DNA from: Psammoneis japonica
Taxonomy: Eukaryota
DNA length: 64,000 nucleotides
Assembly (NCBI GenBank): GCA_008632985.1
Contig: QPGO01000152.1
Coordinates: 62,001 to 126,000, forward strand
Reading direction: 5' to 3'
The position numbers and the translations under genes are program-made. Of the stretch, positions 60,480 to 64,000 are shown piece after piece. Position 1 is the first letter of the stretch. The number at the start of each line of letters is the position of its first letter. The notes below the pieces were generated by a model, which was given only the letters and a program-made list of their open reading frames with translations, was not told where the DNA came from and searched no databases.

Positions 60480-63400
60480 AGAGACAATGAAAAAAGATGC
60501 GATGGTGGAAGATGCACCTGTTGCAGACGAATCGTCCGGTGACCAGCCACCGTTTAAAAAACCTGCAGCTCCTCCCATGCCCATGTGCAATCATCCCCAT
60601 TGGCGGGTGGTGATGAAGCTCAAGCGACCGAGGCTGGTCAAAGATGAGGGCGGGGTGCCATCTTGGTGCTTTTACTTTGTGTTCAATGAAAACCAAACAA
60701 GAGCTCTGTTGGACAAGATGAGACTGTCTCTGTTCCTTGCATGCAATGACAGGTCAGTCCAGGTGCTGACAGCCAAAGCTTTTTAGGCTCATTTCATCAT
60801 TTCCATTCCCAGTGCTTTCCAAAATCTAAAAAACCCCCCGCTTTTTTGTCTGTGGGGTTCCCCCTTTCATTGAACACTTCTGCTCCCCAAAACCCCAAGC
60901 CTGTGGGTGAGGGCCCAAGAATGGCCACCCACCAAGGACCAAGGGCCAACACAAACACACAACCTCACTTCCCCCTTCAACCAAATGCGTGCCACAGCCC
61001 TGTCTCAGTTTTGTGGGTTGTCCTGGCAAAGCACCCCAAAACCATCACACCCAGTGTGCCCAGCCAGCAAAAAGATGGCGAGTGCTGTGTTTGAAGTGGG
61101 GCCACCAAGAAAAAAAGTCATTTTCAAAAAGGCTCATTCCAGCCCCAAGTGATTTGCAGTCCATCATGCGAAAATTCAATTCTCTGTGCAGTTTGGCACA
61201 TTGACCTCCTTCAAATTTGATCATTTCGAAAATCGAAAAGCAGTGCCCACCAACAAATGAGAGTTCCATGTCTGCCTTTCAATTTGAAAAAAAAAATTTT
61301 GAAGGTGTTTGTTGCACTGAATGCAAAAATGGGCCAGTGGCAGATCACGCGTGGTGTGCAGGACACCTGGAGCTGGAACAGGCCAAAAATGCTTCAAAGG
61401 CATGCACGCAAAAGAGCCAGAGTTTTGGCATCTGCCTGCCTCAAAAAAAGATTCAAAAGAGAAATTTTCTTTCAAACCACTGTGAGCCACGCTCTTTGAG
61501 TGACAGCGTTTGGGTCATTGCACACCAGCAAGCTCTGCACAAAAAAGAAAAATGCGCCTGACTCTTGTCGGGTCAGGCACATTTTTGCAAATGTGTTGAA
61601 AAAAATGCGCCTGATCAGAGAAAAGAGTCAAGTCCATTTTTCGCAAAGTTGAAATTCGCCAAGGACGGACAGACAGACAGACTTTTCCAACAATTGTCTT
61701 GGTGGTGCTGTTCTGCACATTTCTGCGCAAATGACTCTGCAGCGCGAAAGATTGCCGTGAACGGTCTTGACAAGTTGTCCATGAACACTTTCTAAAAATT
61801 GTGGGAAAAGCTGCGATTGACTGCAGCAATGGTGCTCGGGTTTCTGTCGCAGAATTTCTTCAAGGTGTCAACAATCCCGGTCATTTGAATCTCCCAAATC
61901 TTGCAGCTGATGGTGCAATTGTGACGCAGAAGTTCACTTCATGCCATTGCCAAGCATCTCAATTGAGGTGCAAACCTCAATTGAAGATGGTGCAAAAAAT
62001 GGTGTGGAATTTGACAGAGTGAACGGCAATGCCGGCTTGAATTTTTTGGGCACCAAAACTGCAAAAAAAGCATTTTTGCAACAGGGGCGGCATTTTTCCA
62101 TTGCTGAATTCTTCACATTCTTGCCACTCTCTCTCTGCTGTGTAAATGTGTGGAGAGCAAATTCCAATTTGGTGTGAGTCAGGCCCAAACGACCGTTCAA
62201 CGTCTCTGGCGGGACACCCATTGACCACTTGTCTTTCTTTTTGTGGGTGTGGGTGTGCATGTGCCATTGCACGCAGCATTGCCTGCATGTGCGCAGGGCC
62301 CTGCTGCCGGGGCTGGCAACAGTGGCAGGGTGGCGGGGCCAACGCACCGGTGACATGGATGACCGTTGTGTTTTGTGGCTCACGCCACCCCTGTGGCAGG
62401 GGAGCTGTGCGTGTGTTCGTGGTTGCGCGCACGGCTTTGCCATCCATTGAGTTTTGATGTTGGCACCCACATGCATGTGTGCGTTCCACAAGCAAAAATC
62501 CCCATTCCAGCATTTGTGCCCAAATGCACAAACAAATGAGAGGACATTTGTGTAAAAACACAATGAATGAGCCATGAATCTGCCGCGCAACCATGACATC
62601 ACCACATTCTCCCCTGCTGCACCACAGGGCGGGGTGGGCTCATGCCATTTTTGGGGCTGTGGTGACGTGCACTGACACTCTTTTTTGTCCAATTTACCAC
62701 CAAAATGGTGCATTGCACAAACTTTCTCATTGTTGTTCAACATGTTTTTTTCGAATGTGACCGTTTCGCGTGCAACTCACGACAAATGACATCCATTGAG
62801 AGCCCCATGAATTTCCACCATGATGCACCGGCAATCCCAGTTTTACCGCAGTTTTGAGCTCTTCTGAAAAACCGCACTGCGCACCCATCGCAGGGATTTT
62901 GTCGCTTTTTTAGGAAGTCCCCCGCGAACCCCAATGTCCCCAATGATCATTCTCACAATGCGAATGACACACCTGCACCAAACAAACCATGCCGTTTTGT
63001 GAATGCCAAGGGACACACTCTCAATCGCCAACATCCCGACCAACCCACCAACTGACTGACTGACTGACTGACTGACACGAAACCAGCCTGGCTGCGGGGA
63101 GCATTGACCACTTGTCTTTCTTTGTGGGTGTGGGTGTGTGTGCGGTTGCGTGCAGCATTGCCTGCACATGCGCAGGGCCCCACCACCAGGCTGGCATTGT
63201 GGCGGCAGGGTGGTGTGGCCACCGCACCGGTGACGCGGACGACCATTGTGTTTTGTGGCTCATGCCATTTTTGGGGCTGCAGCGAGGTGCAGGGACACTC
63301 TTTTTTGTCCAATTTACTGCCAAAATGACGCATCGCACAAACCTTCTTGTTGTTTGACATGTTTTTTGCAACATGACCGTTTTGCGTGCAACTCATGAAA

Positions 63401-64000
63401 AATTACATCTGTTAAGAGCTGGATGCATTTTTCACCACGATGCGCTGGCAATCCCAACTTTACTGCAGTTTCAAGCTCTTCCAAAAAACTGCACTACACA
63501 CCCGTTGCAGGGAATTTGTCGCTTTTCCAGGAAGTCCCCACGAACCCCAATGTCCCCAATGACAATTCTCAGAATGCAAATGACACACGTGTGCTAAACA
63601 AACCATGCCGTTTTGAATGCCGAGGGACACACTCTCAATCGCCGACATCCCAACCAACCAACCGACTGACTGACTGACTGACTGACATGAAAAAGTCTGC
63701 AATCACCAACCACCAAGTGGTCAGTGAAAGTCTGCAATCACCAACCACCAAATGGTCAATGAAAAATCCCACCCCTGTGTCAGTGGAGAGTGTGTTTGGT
63801 GATGTCATGGTGATGCATGCTCACGTCATGGCATTTTTGTGTTTGTGTTCATGTGCATGAGACAACATTTGTGCACAAATGCTCACAGTTGCAGGAAAAA
63901 TCCTGAACCATGTGTGCTCTCCCCCAATCTTGAGCTGCCTCGAAGGGACCCCACCAATGGAGACCTGGACATTTAAAAAACGGGAGACAGTGCGCACGCA
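60480..64000. other. TpA-depleted zone 4 (unidentified repeat remnant, runs off window)
   Basis: Few TA; homology to 44600-44830; internal duplications. Confidence 0.85.
62637..63690. repeat. Diverged duplication at 620-bp spacing, each copy ending in (GACT)n
   Basis: ggctcatgccatttttggggctg at 62637 and 63257; (GACT)n near 63055 and 63665. Confidence 0.9.

Overview
Eukaryotic genomic DNA, most likely a pennate diatom (inferred from gene style, short GT-AG introns and CoDi-type copia sequence). Intact gene islands carry NUP107, a Cys-rich surface protein, an AqpS-like aquaporin, a CRAL-TRIO protein, a tandem-repeat IQ protein, FUN14, TAF1, NDUFA9, an M14 carboxypeptidase, a methyltransferase-like gene and a Sel1-kinase-TIR-like gene. 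They alternate with four sharply bounded zones (~11.7-30.2, 31.5-33.8, 44.6-55.0 and 60.5-64 kb) of decayed copia, Penelope-like (with two hammerhead ribozyme candidates) and Helitron elements plus a dead host kinase copy. Main observation: in those zones TpA has been almost completely converted to TpG/CpA (A:T>G:C on both strands), alongside slower CpG decay. Tyr codons become His/Cys, including catalytic tyrosines, and TAA/TAG stops vanish. This looks like a targeted, domain-wide DNA hypermutation process running opposite to fungal RIP. All counts and alignments were done by eye and protein calls rest on motif recognition, not database searches.
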